From: Eledone cirrhosa
Taxonomy: Eukaryota
Direction of reading: 5' to 3'
DNA length: 64,000 nt
Assembly (NCBI GenBank): GCA_964016885.1
Contig: OZ024743.1
Location: 45,942,001-46,006,000 of the forward strand
Every line of letters starts with the position of its first letter. The first letter of the stretch is position 1. Of this stretch, positions 39,501 through 54,500 are shown in pieces. Made by a program: the position numbers and the translations under genes. Below the pieces are notes generated by a model. That model was given only the letters and a program-made list of their open reading frames with translations, did not search any database and was not told where the DNA came from.

Positions 39501-42500
39501 TGACTACCCTACCAGTCAGCCAACTCTTTGACTACCCTACCTATCTGCCAACTCTTTGACAACCCTACTAATTTGCCAACTCTGACAACCCTACCAATCT
39601 GTCAGCTCTTTGACTACCCTACCAAACTGCCAACTCTTTGAATACTCTGCCAATCTGACTACTCTTTGACAAACTTACAAATATGTCAACTCATTGACAA
39701 CCCTACCAATCTGCCAACTCTTTGACAAACCTACCAATCTGCCAACTCTTTGACACACCCTACCAATCTGCCAACTCAGTAACTAACCTACCAAACTTCC
39801 AACTCTTTGACTACCCTACCAGACAGCCAACTCTTTGACTACCCTACTTATCGGCCAACTCTTTGACAACCCTACTAATCTCCCAACTCTGACAACCCTA
39901 CCAATCTTCCAGCTCTTTGACTACACTACCAAACTGCCAACTCTTTGACTACTCTACCAATCTGACTACTCTTTCACAAACTTACAAATATGTCAACTCT
40001 TTGACAAACCTACCAATCTTCTAACTATTTGACAACCCTAACAATCTGGCAACTCAGTAACTAACCTACCAAACTCCCAACTCTTTGACTACCCTACCAA
40101 ACTTACAACTCTTTGACTACCCTACTAATCTGCCAACCGTTTCACAACCCTACCAATCTGTCAGCTCTGTGACTACCCTACCAATCTGCCAACTCTTTAA
40201 CTAACCTATCAATTTGCCAACTCGTTGACTACCCTACCAATATTCCAACTCTTAAACTACGCTACTAATCTGCCAACTCTTTGACAACCATATCAATATG
40301 CCAACACTTTGACTACCCTACCAATATTCAAATTCTTAAACTACCCTACTAAACTGCCAATTCATTTACTACCCTACCAATCTGCCAACTCTTTAACTAC
40401 CCTACAATTCTGCCAAATCTTTAACTACCCTACAAATATGCCAAGTCCTTAACTACCCTACCAATCTGCCAACTATTTAACTACCCTACCAATCTGCCAA
40501 CTCTTTGACTACTCTACCCATCTGCCAACTCTTTGACAATCTTTCGAATCTGTGAAATCTTTGACAACGTAACCAATCTGCCAACGCTTTGACAAACCTA
40601 TCAATCTGCCAACTCTTTGACAACTCTACTAATCTTCCAACTCTTTAACTAACCTACGAATCTGCCAACTTATTGACTACACTACCAATAATCCAACTCT
40701 TTTCAAACCTACCAATCGGCTACTCTTTGACAACCCTACGAATATGCCAACTCTTTGACTACCCTACCAATGAGCAACTCTTTCACAGCCCTGCCAATTT
40801 GCCAACTTTTTGACAACTCTACCAATCTGCCAACTCAGTAGCTAACCTACCAAATTGCCAACTCTTTGACTACCCTACCAGTCAGCCAACTCTTTGACTA
40901 CCCTTCCTATCGGCCAACTCTTTGACAACCCTACTAATCTGCCAACTCTGACAACCCTACCAATCTTCCAGCTCTTGGACTACCCTACCAAACTGCCAAC
41001 TCTTTGACTACTCTACCAATCTGACTACTCTTTGACAAACTTACAAATATGTCAACTCATTGACAACCCTACCAATCAGCCAACTCTTTGACAAACCTAC
41101 CAATCTTCTAACTATTTGACAACCCTAACAATCTGGCAACTCAGTAACTAACCTACCAAACTGCCAACTCTTTGACTACCCTACCAATCTGCCAACTTTT
41201 TGACTACCCTACCAAACTTACAACTCTTTAACTACCCTACTAATCTGCCAACCGTTTCACAACCCTACCAATCTGTCAGCTCTGTGACTCCCCTACCAAT
41301 CTGCCAACTCTTTAACTAACCTATCAATCTGCCAACTCTTTGACTACCCTACCAACATTCCAACTCTTAAACTACGCTACTAATCTGCCAACTCTTTGAC
41401 AACCATATCAATATGCCAACACTTTGATTACCCTACCAAAATTCAAATTCTTAAACTACCCTACTAATATGCCAACTCATTTACTACCCTTCCAATCTAC
41501 CAACTCTTTAACTACCCTACCAATCTGCCAACTCTTTAACTACCCTACCAATCTGCCAACTCTTTGACTACTCTACCCATCTGCCAACTCTTTGACAATC
41601 TTTCAATTCTGTCAAATCTTTGACAACGTAACCAATCTGACAAATCTTTAACAAACCTATCAATCTGCCAACTCTTTGACAACCCTACAAATCTGCCAAC
41701 TATTTGACTACCGTACCAATCTGCCAACTCTTCGACTACCCTACCAATATGTCAATTCCTTAACTAACCTACAAAACTGCCAACTCTTTGACAAAGCTAC
41801 CGATCTGCAACTCTATGACAACACTACCAATCTGCCAACTCTTTGATTACCCTACCAATCTGCCAACTCTTTAACTACCCTACCAATCAGCCAACTGTTT
41901 GACTACCCTACCAATCTGCCAACTCTTTAACTACTCTACCCATCTGCCAACTCTTTCACAAGCTTTCAAATCTGTCAAATCTTTGACAACGTAACCAATC
42001 TGCCAACTCATTGACTACCCTACCAATAACACTTTGCAACCCTACCAATCGGCAACTCTTTGCAACCCTACCAATCGGCAACTCTTTGACAACCCTACAA
42101 ATCTGCCAACTCTTCGACTACCCTACCCATCTGCCAAATCTTTAACTACCCTTCTAATGTGCTAACTCTTTAACTACCCTACCAATCAGCCAACTGTTTG
42201 ACTACCCTACCAATCTGCCAACTCTTTGAGTACCCTACTAATCTTCGAAGTCATAAAATAACCTACCATTCGGCCCACTCTTTGACTACCGTTCCAATCT
42301 GCCAAATCTTTAACTGACCTACAAATCTGCCAACATTTTGACTATCCTACCAATCTGCCAACCCTTTCGCAGCCCTACCGATCTGCCAACACTTTGACTA
42401 CCCTGCCAATCTGCCAACTCTTTGACTACCCTACCAATCTGCTAACTCTTTGACTACCCTACCAATCTGTCAGCTCTGTGACTACACTACCAATCTGACA

Positions 42501-45500
42501 ACTCTTTGACTACCCTACCAATCTGCCAACTCTTTAACTAACCTACCAATCTGCCAACTCTTTGACTACCCTACCAATATTCCAACTCTTAAACTACCCT
42601 ACTAATCTGCTAACACTTTGACTACCCTACCAATCTGCCAACTCTTTAAATACCCTACCAAACTGCCAACTCTTTAACTACCCTACAGATCTGCCAAATC
42701 TTTAAATTCCCTACCAATCTGCCAACTCTTTTACAAACCTATCAATCTGCCAACTCTTTGACAACCCTACCGATCTTCCAACTCTTTGACTACCGTACCA
42801 ATATGTCAAATCCTTAACTAACCTACCAAACTGCCAACTCTTTGACAACGCTACCGGTCTGCCAACTCTATGACAACACTACCAATCTTCCAACTCTTTG
42901 ATTACCCTACCAATCTGTCAACTCTGTGTCTACCTTACCAATCTGCCAACTCATTCACTACCCTACCAATCTGCCAACTCTTTAACTAACCTACCAAACT
43001 GCCAACACTTAGACTACCCTACCAATCTGCCAACTCTTTGACTACCCTACCAAACTTACAACTCTTTGACTACCGTACTAATCTGCCAACCGTTTCACAA
43101 CCCTACCAATCTGTCAGCTCTGTGACTACCCTACCAATCCGCCAACTCTTTGACTACCCTACCAATCTGCCAACTCTTTAACTAACCTACCAAACTGCCA
43201 ACTCGTTGACAACCCTGCCGATCTGCCAACTCTTTGACAACCATATCAAAATGCCAACACTTTGTCTATCCTACCAATATTCCAATTCTTAAACTACCCT
43301 ACTAATCTGACAACTCTTTGAATACCCTACCAATCTTCCAACTCTTTGACAAACTTTCAATTCTGTCAAATCTTTGACAACGTAACCAATCTGCCAACTC
43401 TTTGACAAACCTATCAATCTGCCACCTCTTTGACAACTCTACAAATCTGACAACTCTTTGACTACCGTACCAATCTGCCAACTCTTTGACTACCGTACCA
43501 ATATGTCAACTCCTTAACTAACCTAAAAAGCTGGCAACTCTTTGACAACCCTACCGATCTGTCAACACTATGACAGCACTACCAATCTGCCAACTATTTG
43601 ATTACCCTACCAATCTCCCAACTCTAAATTACCCTACTAAGCTGCCAACTCTTTGACTACCCTACTAAACTGCCAACCCTTTGACAACCATAGCGATCTG
43701 CCAACTCTTTTACTACCCTACCAATCTGCCAACTCTTTGACTACCCTACCAATCTGCTAACTCTTTGAGTACCCTAACAATCTGTCAACTCTGTGACTAC
43801 CCTACCAATGTACCAAATCTTTAACTAGCCTACCAATCTGCCAACTCTTTGACTACTCTACCCATCTGCCAACTCTTTGACAAGCTTTCAAATCTGTCAA
43901 ATCTTTGACAATGTAATCAATCTGCCAACTCATCGACTACCCTACCAATAAGCCAACACTTTGGAACTCTACCAATCAGCCAACTGTTTGACAACCCTAC
44001 CAATGTGCTAGCTCTTTAACAACCCTAACAATCAGCCAACTGTTTGACTATCCTACCAATCTGCCAACTCTTTGACTACCCTACCAATCTGCCAACTCTT
44101 AAAATGACCTAATAATCTGCCGACTTTGACAACCCTTCCAATCTGCCAACTCTTTGACTGTCCTACCAATCTGCCGACTCTTTGACTACCCTTTTAATCA
44201 GACAACACTTTGATTACACTCCCAATCTGCCAACTCTTTGACTACCCTACCAATATTCCAACTCTAAACTACCCTACTAATCTGCTAACTCTGTGACTAC
44301 CCTACCAATATGCCAACTCTTTGACAACCCTACCAATCTGCCAACTCTTTAACTAACCTACCAATCTGCCAACTCTTTGACAAGCCTAATAAACGGCCAA
44401 CTCTTTGACAAACCTACCAATCTTCCAACACTTTAACTAACCTACCAATCTGCCAATTCATTGACTACCCTAGCAATAAGCCAACTCTTTGACAAGCCTA
44501 ATAAACGGCCAACTCTTTGACAAGCCTAATAAACGGCCAACTCTTTGACAAACCTACCAATATTCCAACACTTTAACTAACCTACCAATCTGCCAAGTCA
44601 TTGACTACCCTAGCAATAAGCCAACTCTTTGCAACCCTACCGATCGGCAACTCTTTGACAACCTTACAAATCTGCCAACTCTTTGACTACCCTATCAATC
44701 TGCCAAATCTTTAACTACCCTACTAATCTGCCAACTCTTTGACTAGCCTACCACTCTTCCAACTCTTAACATAACCTACTAATCTGCCGACTTATGACAA
44801 CCCTACCAATCTGCCAACTCTTTGACTATCCTACCAATCTGCCAACTCTTCGACTACCCTACCAAACTGCCAAATCTTTAACTACCCTACTAATCTGCCA
44901 ACTCTTTGACTAGCCTACCAATCTTCCAACTCTTAAGATAATCTGCCGACTTATGACAACCCTACCAATCTGCCAACTCTTTGGCTATCCTACCAATCTG
45001 CCAACTCTTCGACTACCCTACCAATCTGCCATATCTTTAACTACCCTACTAATCTCCCAACTCTTTGACTACCCTACCAATCAGCCAACTTTGACAACCC
45101 TTCCAATCTGCCAACTCTTTGACTATCCTACCAATCTGCCAACTCTTTGACTAACCTTCCTATCTGCCAAATCTTTGACAACGATACCAATCTTCCAACT
45201 CTTAAAATAACCTATTAATATGCCAACTTTGACAACCCTTCCAATCTGCCAACACTTTGACTATCCTACCAATCTGCCAACTCTTTGACTACCCTTCCAA
45301 TCTGCAAACTCTTTGACAACGATAGCCATCTGCCAATTCTGTGACTAAACTACCAATCTGCCAACTCTTTGACTACCCTTTTAATCTGACAACACTTTGA
45401 CAATCCTTCCAATCTGCCAACTCTTTGACTACCCTTTTAATCTGACAACACTTTGACAATCCTTCCAATCTGCCAACTCTTTGACTAACCTACCAATCTA

Positions 45501-48500
45501 CCAGCTCTTTGACTACGCTACCGATCTGCCAACTCTTTGACAACCCTACATATGGGCCAACTCTTCGACTACCCTACCAATCTTCCAACTCTTAAACTAC
45601 CCTACTAATCTGATAACTCTTTGACTAACCTACTAATCTGCCGACTCTTTGACTACACTACCAATCTGCCAACTCATTGACAAACCTATCAATCTGCCAA
45701 CTCTTTGACAACACTACAAAACTGCCAACTCTTTGACTACCGTACCAATCTCCCAACTCTTTGACTACCGTACCAATATGTCAACTCCTTAACTAACCTA
45801 CAAATCTGCCAACTCTTTGACAACCATACCGATCTGTCTACACTATGACAACACTACCAATCTGCCAACTCTTGGATTACCCTACCAATCTCCCAACTCT
45901 AAGCTACCCTACTAAGCTGCCAACTCTTTGACTACCCTACTAATCTGCCAACCCATTGACAACCCTAGCGATCTGCCAACTCTTTTACTACCGTACCAAT
46001 CTGCCAACTCTTTGACTACCCTACCAATCTGTTAACTCTTTGAGTACCCTACCAACCTGTCAACTCTGTGACTACCCTATCAATCTACCAAATCTTTAAC
46101 TAGCCTACCAATCTGCCAACTCTTTCACTACTCTACCCATCTGCCAACTTTTTGACAAGCTTTCAAATCTGTCAAATCTTTGACAATGTAATCAATCTGC
46201 CAACTCATTGACTACCCTACTAATAAGCCAACACTTTGCAACCCTACAAATCTGCCAACTCTTTGACTACCCTACCAATCTGCCAAATATTTAACTACCC
46301 TTCTAATATGCCAACTCTTTAACTACCCTACCAATCAGCCAACTGTTTGACAACCCTACCAATGTGCTAAGTCTTTAGCTACCCTACCAATCAGCCAACT
46401 ATTTGACTATCCTACCAATCTGCCAACTCTTTGACTACCCTACCAATCCGCCAACTCTTAAAATAACCTACTAATCTGCCAAATTTGACAACCCTTCCAG
46501 TCTGCCAACTCTTTGAGTATCCTACCAATCTGCCAGCTCTTTGACTACCCTTCCAATCTGCCAACTCTTTGACTACCCTTTTAATCAGACAACACTTTGA
46601 TTACACTCCCAATCTGCCAACTCTTTGACTACCCTTTTAATATGACAACACTTTGACTACACTATCAATCTACCAGTAGCTCTTTGACTACCCTACCGAT
46701 CTGCCAACACTTTGACAATCCTACCAATGGGCCAACTCTTTGACTACCCTACCAATCTTCCAACTCTTAAACTACCCTACTAATCTGCCAACTCTTTGAC
46801 TACCCTACCAATCTTCCAACTCTAAACTACCCTACTAATCTGTCAACTCTGTGACTACAAATCCAATCTGCCAACTCTTTAACTAACCTACCAATCTGCC
46901 AACTCTTTGACAAGCCTAACAATCTGCCAACTCTTTGACAAACCTACCAATCTTCCAACTCTTTAACTAACCTACCAATCTGCCAAGTCCTAGACTACCC
47001 TAGGAATAATTCAACTCTTTGCAACCCTACAAATCTGCCAACTCTTTGACTACCCTATCAATCTGCCAAATCTTTAACTACCCTACTAATCTGCCAACTC
47101 TTTGACTAGCCTACCACTCTTCCAACTCTTAACATAACCTACTAATCTGCCGACTTATGACAACCCTACCAATCTGCCAACTCTTTGACTATCCTACCAA
47201 TCTGCCAACTCTTCGACTACCCTACCAAACTGCCATATCTTTAACTACCCTTGCTAATCTCCCAACTCTTTGACTACCCTACCAATCTGCCAACTCTTTG
47301 ACAACCCTACCAATGTGCTAACCCTTTCACTACCCTACCAATCAGCCAACTTTGACAATCCTTCCAATCTGCCAACTCTTTGACTATCCTACCAGTCTGC
47401 CAACTCTTTGACTAACCTTCCTATCTGCCAACTCTTTGACAACGATACCCATATGCCAATTCTGTGACTAACCTACCAATCTTCCCTTCCTTTGACTTCC
47501 CTACCAATCTGCCAACTCTTTGAAAACCCTACCAATCTTCCAACTCTTAAAATAACCTACTAATATGCCAACTTTGACAACCCTTCCAATCTGCCAACTC
47601 TTTCACTATCCTACCAATCTGCCAACTCTTTGACTACCCTTCCAATCTGCCAACTCTTTGACAACGATAGCTATCTGCCAATTCTGTGACTAACCTACCA
47701 ATCTGCCAACTCTTTGACTACCCTTTTAATCTGACAACACTTTGACAACCCTTCCAATCTGCCAACTCTTTGACTAACCTACCAATCTACCAGCTCTTTG
47801 ACTAACCTACCGATCTGCCAACTCTTTGACAACCCTACAAATCTGATAACTCTTTGACTAACCTACCAATCTGCCAACTCTTTGATTATCCTACCAATCT
47901 GCCAACTCTTCGACTATCTTACCAATCAGCCAAATCTTTGACAACGATACCCATCTGCCAATACTGTGACTAACCTACAGATCTACCAGCTCTTTGACTA
48001 CCCTACCGAACTGTCAACTCTTTGACAACCCTAAAAATGGGCCAACTCTTTGACTATCCCACCAATCTTCCAACTCTTAACATAACCTACTAATCTGCCA
48101 ACTTATGACAACCCTAACGATCTGCCTACTCTTTGACTAACCTACCAATCTGCCAGCTCTTTGACTACCCTTTTAATCTGACAACACTTTAACTAACCTA
48201 CCAATCTGCCAATTCATTGACTACCCTAGCAATAAGCCAACTCTTTGACAAGCCTAATAAACGGCCAACTCTTTGACAAACCTACCAATATTCCAACACT
48301 TTAACTAACCTACCAATCTGCCAAGTCATTGACTACCCTAGCAATAAGCCAACTCTTTGCAACCCTACCGATCGGCAACTCTTTGACAACCTTACAAATC
48401 TGCCAACTCTTTGACTACCCTATCAATCTGCCAAATCTTTAACTACCCTACTAATCTGCCAACTCTTTGACTAGCCTACCACTCTTCCAACTCTTAACAT

Positions 48501-51500
48501 AACCTACTAATCTGCCGACTTATGACAACCCTACCAATCTGCCAACTCTTTGACTATCCTACCAATCTGCCAACTCTTCGACTACCCTACCAAACTGCCA
48601 AATCTTTAACTACCCTACTAATCTGCCAACTCTTTGACTAGCCTACCAATCTTCCAACTCTTAAGATAATCTGCCGACTTATGACAACCCTACCAATCTG
48701 CCAACTCTTTGGCTATCCTACCAATCTGCCAACTCTTCGACTACCCTACCAATCTGCCATATCTTTAACTACCCTACTAATCTCCCAACTCTTTGACTAC
48801 CCTACCAATCAGCCAACTTTGACAACCCTTCCAATCTGCCAACTCTTTGACTATCCTACCAATCTGCCAACTCTTTGACTAACCTTCCTATCTGCCAAAT
48901 CTTTGACAACGATACCAATCTTCCAACTCTTAAAATAACCTATTAATATGCCAACTTTGACAACCCTTCCAATCTGCCAACACTTTGACTATCCTACCAA
49001 TCTGCCAACTCTTTGACTACCCTTCCAATCTGCAAACTCTTTGACAACGATAGCCATCTGCCAATTCTGTGACTAAACTACCAATCTGCCAACTCTTTGA
49101 CTACCCTTTTAATCTGACAACACTTTGACAATCCTTCCAATCTGCCAACTCTTTGACTAACCTACCAATCTACCAGCTCTTTGACTACGCTACCGATCTG
49201 CCAACTCTTTGACAACCCTACATATGGGCCAACTCTTCGACTACCCTACCAATCTTCCAACTCTTAAACTACCCTACTAATCTGATAACTCTTTGACTAA
49301 CCTACTAATCTGCCGACTCTTTGACTACACTACCAATCTGCCAACTCATTGACAAACCTATCAATCTGCCAACTCTTTGACAACACTACAAAACTGCCAA
49401 CTCTTTGACTACCGTACCAATCTCCCAACTCTTTGACTACCGTACCAATATGTCAACTCCTTAACTAACCTACAAATCTGCCAACTCTTTGACAACCATA
49501 CCGATCTGTCTACACTATGACAACACTACCAATCTGCCAACTCTTGGATTACCCTACCAATCTCCCAACTCTAAGCTACCCTACTAAGCTGCCAACTCTT
49601 TGACTACCCTACTAATCTGCCAACCCATTGACAACCCTAGCGATCTGCCAACTCTTTTACTACCGTACCAATCTGCCAACTCTTTGACTACCCTACCAAT
49701 CTGTTAACTCTTTGAGTACCCTACCAACCTGTCAACTCTGTGACTACCCTATCAATCTACCAAATCTTTAACTAGCCTACCAATCTGCCAACTCTTTGAC
49801 TACTCTACCCATCTGCCAACTTTTTGACAAGCTTTCAAATCTGTCAAATCTTTGACAATGTAATCAATCTGCCAACTCATTGACTACCCTACTAATAAGC
49901 CAACACTTTGCAACCCTACAAATCTGCCAACTCTTTGACTACCCTACCAATCTGCCAAATATTTAACTACCCTTCTAATATGCCAACTCTTTAACTACCC
50001 TACCAATCAGCCAACTGTTTGACAACCCTACCAATGTGCTAAGTCTTTAGCTACCCTACCAATCAGCCAACTATTTGACTATCCTACCAATCTGCCAACT
50101 CTTTGACTACCCTACCAATCCGCCAACTCTTAAAATAACCTACTAATCTGCCAAATTTGACAACCCTTCCAGTCTGCCAACTCTTTGAGTATCCTACCAA
50201 TCTGCCAGCTCTTTGACTACCCTTCCAATCTGCCAACTCTTTGACTACCCTTTTAATCAGACAACACTTTGATTACACTCCCAATCTGCCAACTCTTTGA
50301 CTACCCTTTTAATATGACAACACTTTGACTACACTATCAATCTACCAGTAGCTCTTTGACTACCCTACCGATCTGCCAACACTTTGACAATCCTACCAAT
50401 GGGCCAACTCTTTGACTACCCTACCAATCTTCCAACTCTTAAACTACCCTACTAATCTGCCAACTCTTTGACTACCCTACCAATCTTCCAACTCTAAACT
50501 ACCCTACTAATCTGTCAACTCTGTGACTACAAATCCAATCTGCCAACTCTTTAACTAACCTACCAATCTGCCAACTCTTTGACAAGCCTAACAATCTGCC
50601 AACTCTTTGACAAACCTACCAATCTTCCAACTCTTTAACTAACCTACCAATCTGCCAAGTCCTAGACTACCCTAGGAATAATTCAACTCTTTGCAACCCT
50701 ACAAATCTGCCAACTCTTTGACTACCCTATCAATCTGCCAAATCTTTAACTACCCTACTAATCTGCCAACTCTTTGACTAGCCTACCACTCTTCCAACTC
50801 TTAACATAACCTACTAATCTGCCGACTTATGACAACCCTACCAATCTGCCAACTCTTTGACTATCCTACCAATCTGCCAACTCTTCGACTACCCTACCAA
50901 ACTGCCATATCTTTAACTACCCTTGCTAATCTCCAAACTCTTTGACTACCCTACCAATCTGCCAACTCTTTGACAACCCTACCAATGTGCTAACCCTTTC
51001 ACTACCCTACCAATCAGCCAACTTTGACAATCCTTCCAATCTGCCAACTCTTTGACTATCCTACCAGTCTGCCAACTCTTTGACTAACCTTCCTATCTGC
51101 CAACTCTTTGACAACGATACCCATATGCCAATTCTGTGACTAACCTACCAATCTTCCCTTCCTTTGACTTCCCTACCAATCTGCCAACTCTTTGAAAACC
51201 CTACCAATCTTCCAACTCTTAAAATAACCTACTAATATGCCAACTTTGACAACCCTTCCAATCTGCCAACTCTTTCACTATCCTACCAATCTGCCAACTC
51301 TTTGACTACCCTTCCAATCTGCCAACTCTTTGACAACGATAGCTATCTGCCAATTCTGTGACTAACCTACCAATCTGCCAACTCTTTGACTACCCTTTTA
51401 ATCTGACAACACTTTGACAACCCTTCGAATCTGCCAACTCTTTGACTAACCTACCAATCTACCAGCTCTTTGACTAACCTACCGATCTGCCAACTCTTTG

Positions 51501-54500
51501 ACAACCCTACAAATCTGATAACTCTTTGACTAACCTACCAATCTGCCAACTCTTTGATTATCCTACCAATCTGCCAACTCTTCGACTATCTTACCAATCA
51601 GCCAAATCTTTGACAACGATACCCATCTGCCAATACTGTGACTAACCTACAGATCTACCAGCTCTTTGACTACCCTACCGAACTGTCAACTCTTTGACAA
51701 CCCTAAAAATGGGCCAACTCTTTGACTATCCCACCAATCTTCCAACTCTTAACATAACCTACTAATCTGCCAACTTATGACAACCCTAACGATCTGCCTA
51801 CTCTTTGACTAACCTACCAATCTGCCAGCTCTTTGACTACCCTTTTAATCTGACAACACTTTGACTACACTACCAATCTACCAGCTCTTTCTCTACCCTA
51901 CCGATCTGCCAACTTTTTGACAACCTACAAATGGGCCAACTCTTTGACTACCGTACCAATATATCAACTCCTTAACTAACCTACAAAGCTGTCAAATCTT
52001 TGACAGTCCTACCGATCTGTCAACACTATGACAACACTACCAATCTGCCAACTCTTTGATTACCCTACCAATCTCCCAACTCTAAGCTACCCTACTAAGC
52101 TGCCAACTCTTTAACTACCCTACTAATCTGCCAAACCTTTGACAACCCTAGCGATCTGCCAACTCTTTCACTACCCTACCAATCTACCAAATCTTTAACT
52201 AGCTTACCAATCTGCCAATTCTTTGACTACTCTACCCATCTGCCAACTCTTTGACCAGCTTTCAAATCTGTCAAATCTTTGACAATGTAATCAATCTGCC
52301 AACTCATTGACTACCCTACCAATAAACCAACACTTTGCAACCCTACCAATCGGCAACTCTTTGACAACCTTACAAATCTGCCAACTCTTTGACTACCCTA
52401 CCAATCTGCCAAATCTTTAGCTACCCTTCTAATATGAAAACTCTTTAACTACCCTACCAATCAGCCAACTGTTTGACAACCCTACCAATGTGCTAACTCT
52501 TTAACTACCCTACCAATCAGCCAACTGTTTGACTATCCTACCAATCTGCCAACTCTTTGACTACCCTACTGATCTGCCAACTCTTAAAATAACCTACTAA
52601 TCTGCCAACTTTGACAACCCTTCCAATCTGCCAAATCTTTGACTATCCTACCAATCTGCCAACTCATTGACTACCCTTCCAATCTGCCAACTCTTTGACA
52701 ACGATACCCATCTGATAATTCTGTGACTAACCTCACATTCTGCCAACTCTTTGACTTCCCTACCAATCTGCCAACTCTTTGAAAACCCTACCAATCTTCC
52801 AACTATTAAAATAACCTACTAATATGCCAACTTTGACAACCCTTCCAATCTGCCAACTCTTTGACTATCCTACCAATCTGCCAACTCTTTGACTACCCTT
52901 TTAATCTGACAACACTTTGACAACCCTTCCAATCTGCCAACTCTTTGACTAATCTACCAATCTACCAGCTCTTTGACAACCCTACAAATGGGCCAACTCT
53001 TTGACTACCCTACCAATCTTCCAACTCTTAAACTACCCTACTAATGTGATAAATCTTTGACTAACCTACCAATCTGCCCAATCTTTGAATACCCTACCAA
53101 TCAGCCAACTCTTTAACTACCCTACCACTCTTCCAACTCTTAACATAACCTACTAATCAACCAACTTATGACAATCCTACCAATCTGCCAACTGTTTGAC
53201 TATCCTACCAATCTGCCAACTCTTCGACTACCCTACCAATCTGCCATATCTTTAACAACCCTACTAATCTCCCAACTCTTTGACTACCCTACCAATCTGC
53301 CAACTCCTTTACAACCCTACCAAAGTGGTAACCCTTTAACTACCCTACTAATCTGCCAACTATTTCACTGTCCTACCAATCTGCCAACTCTTTGACTATC
53401 TTACCAATCAGCCAAATCTTTGACAACGATACCCATCTGCCAATTCTGTGACTAACCTACCAATCTACCAGCTCTTTGACTACCCTACCGATCTGTCAAC
53501 TCTTTGACAACCCTACAAATGGGCCAAGTTTTTGACTAGCCCACCAATCTTCCAACTCTTAACATAACCTACTAATCTGCCAACTTATGACAACCCTACC
53601 GATCTGCCAACTCTTTGACTAACCTACCAATGTGCCAGCTCTTTGACTACCCTTTTAATCTGACAACACTTTGACTACACTACCAATCTACCAGCTCTTT
53701 GACTACCCTACCAATCTTCCAACTCTTTGACTACCCTACCAATCTTCAAACTATTTGACAACCCTACCAATGTGCTAACTCTTTAACTACCCTACCAAAC
53801 TGCCAACTCTTTGCCTATCCTACCAATCTGACAATTCTTTGACTGCCCTACTAATCTTCCAAATCTTTAACTACCCTACTAATCTGCCAACTCTTTGACT
53901 ACCCTACCAATCAGCCAATTCTGTTTGACTAACCTACCACTCTGCCAACTCTTTGACTACCCTACCAATCTTCCATCTCTTAACATAAACTACTAAACTG
54001 ACAACTTATGACAACCCTACCAATCTGCCAACTCTTTGACTACACTACCAATCTGCCAACTCTTTGACTACCCTACCAATCTGCCCACTCTTTGACTAAC
54101 CTATCAATCTGCCATATCTTTAACTACCCTACTTATCTGCCAAGGCTTTAACTACCCTACCAATCAGCCAACTTTGACAACCCTTCCAATCTGCCAACTC
54201 TTTGACTATCCTACCAATCTGCCAACTCTTTGACTAACCTACCTATCTGCGAACTCTTTGACAATCCTACCAATCTGTCAACTCTTCGACTACCCTACCA
54301 ATCTGCCAACTCTTTGACAACACTACCAATGTGCTAACCCTTTAACTACCCTACCAATCAGCCAACTTTGACAACCCTTCCAATCTGCCAACTCTTTGAC
54401 TATCCTACCAATCTGTCAACTCTTTGACTAACCTACCTATCTGCCAACTCTTTGACAACGATACCCATATGCCAATTCTGGGACTAACCTACCAATATGC

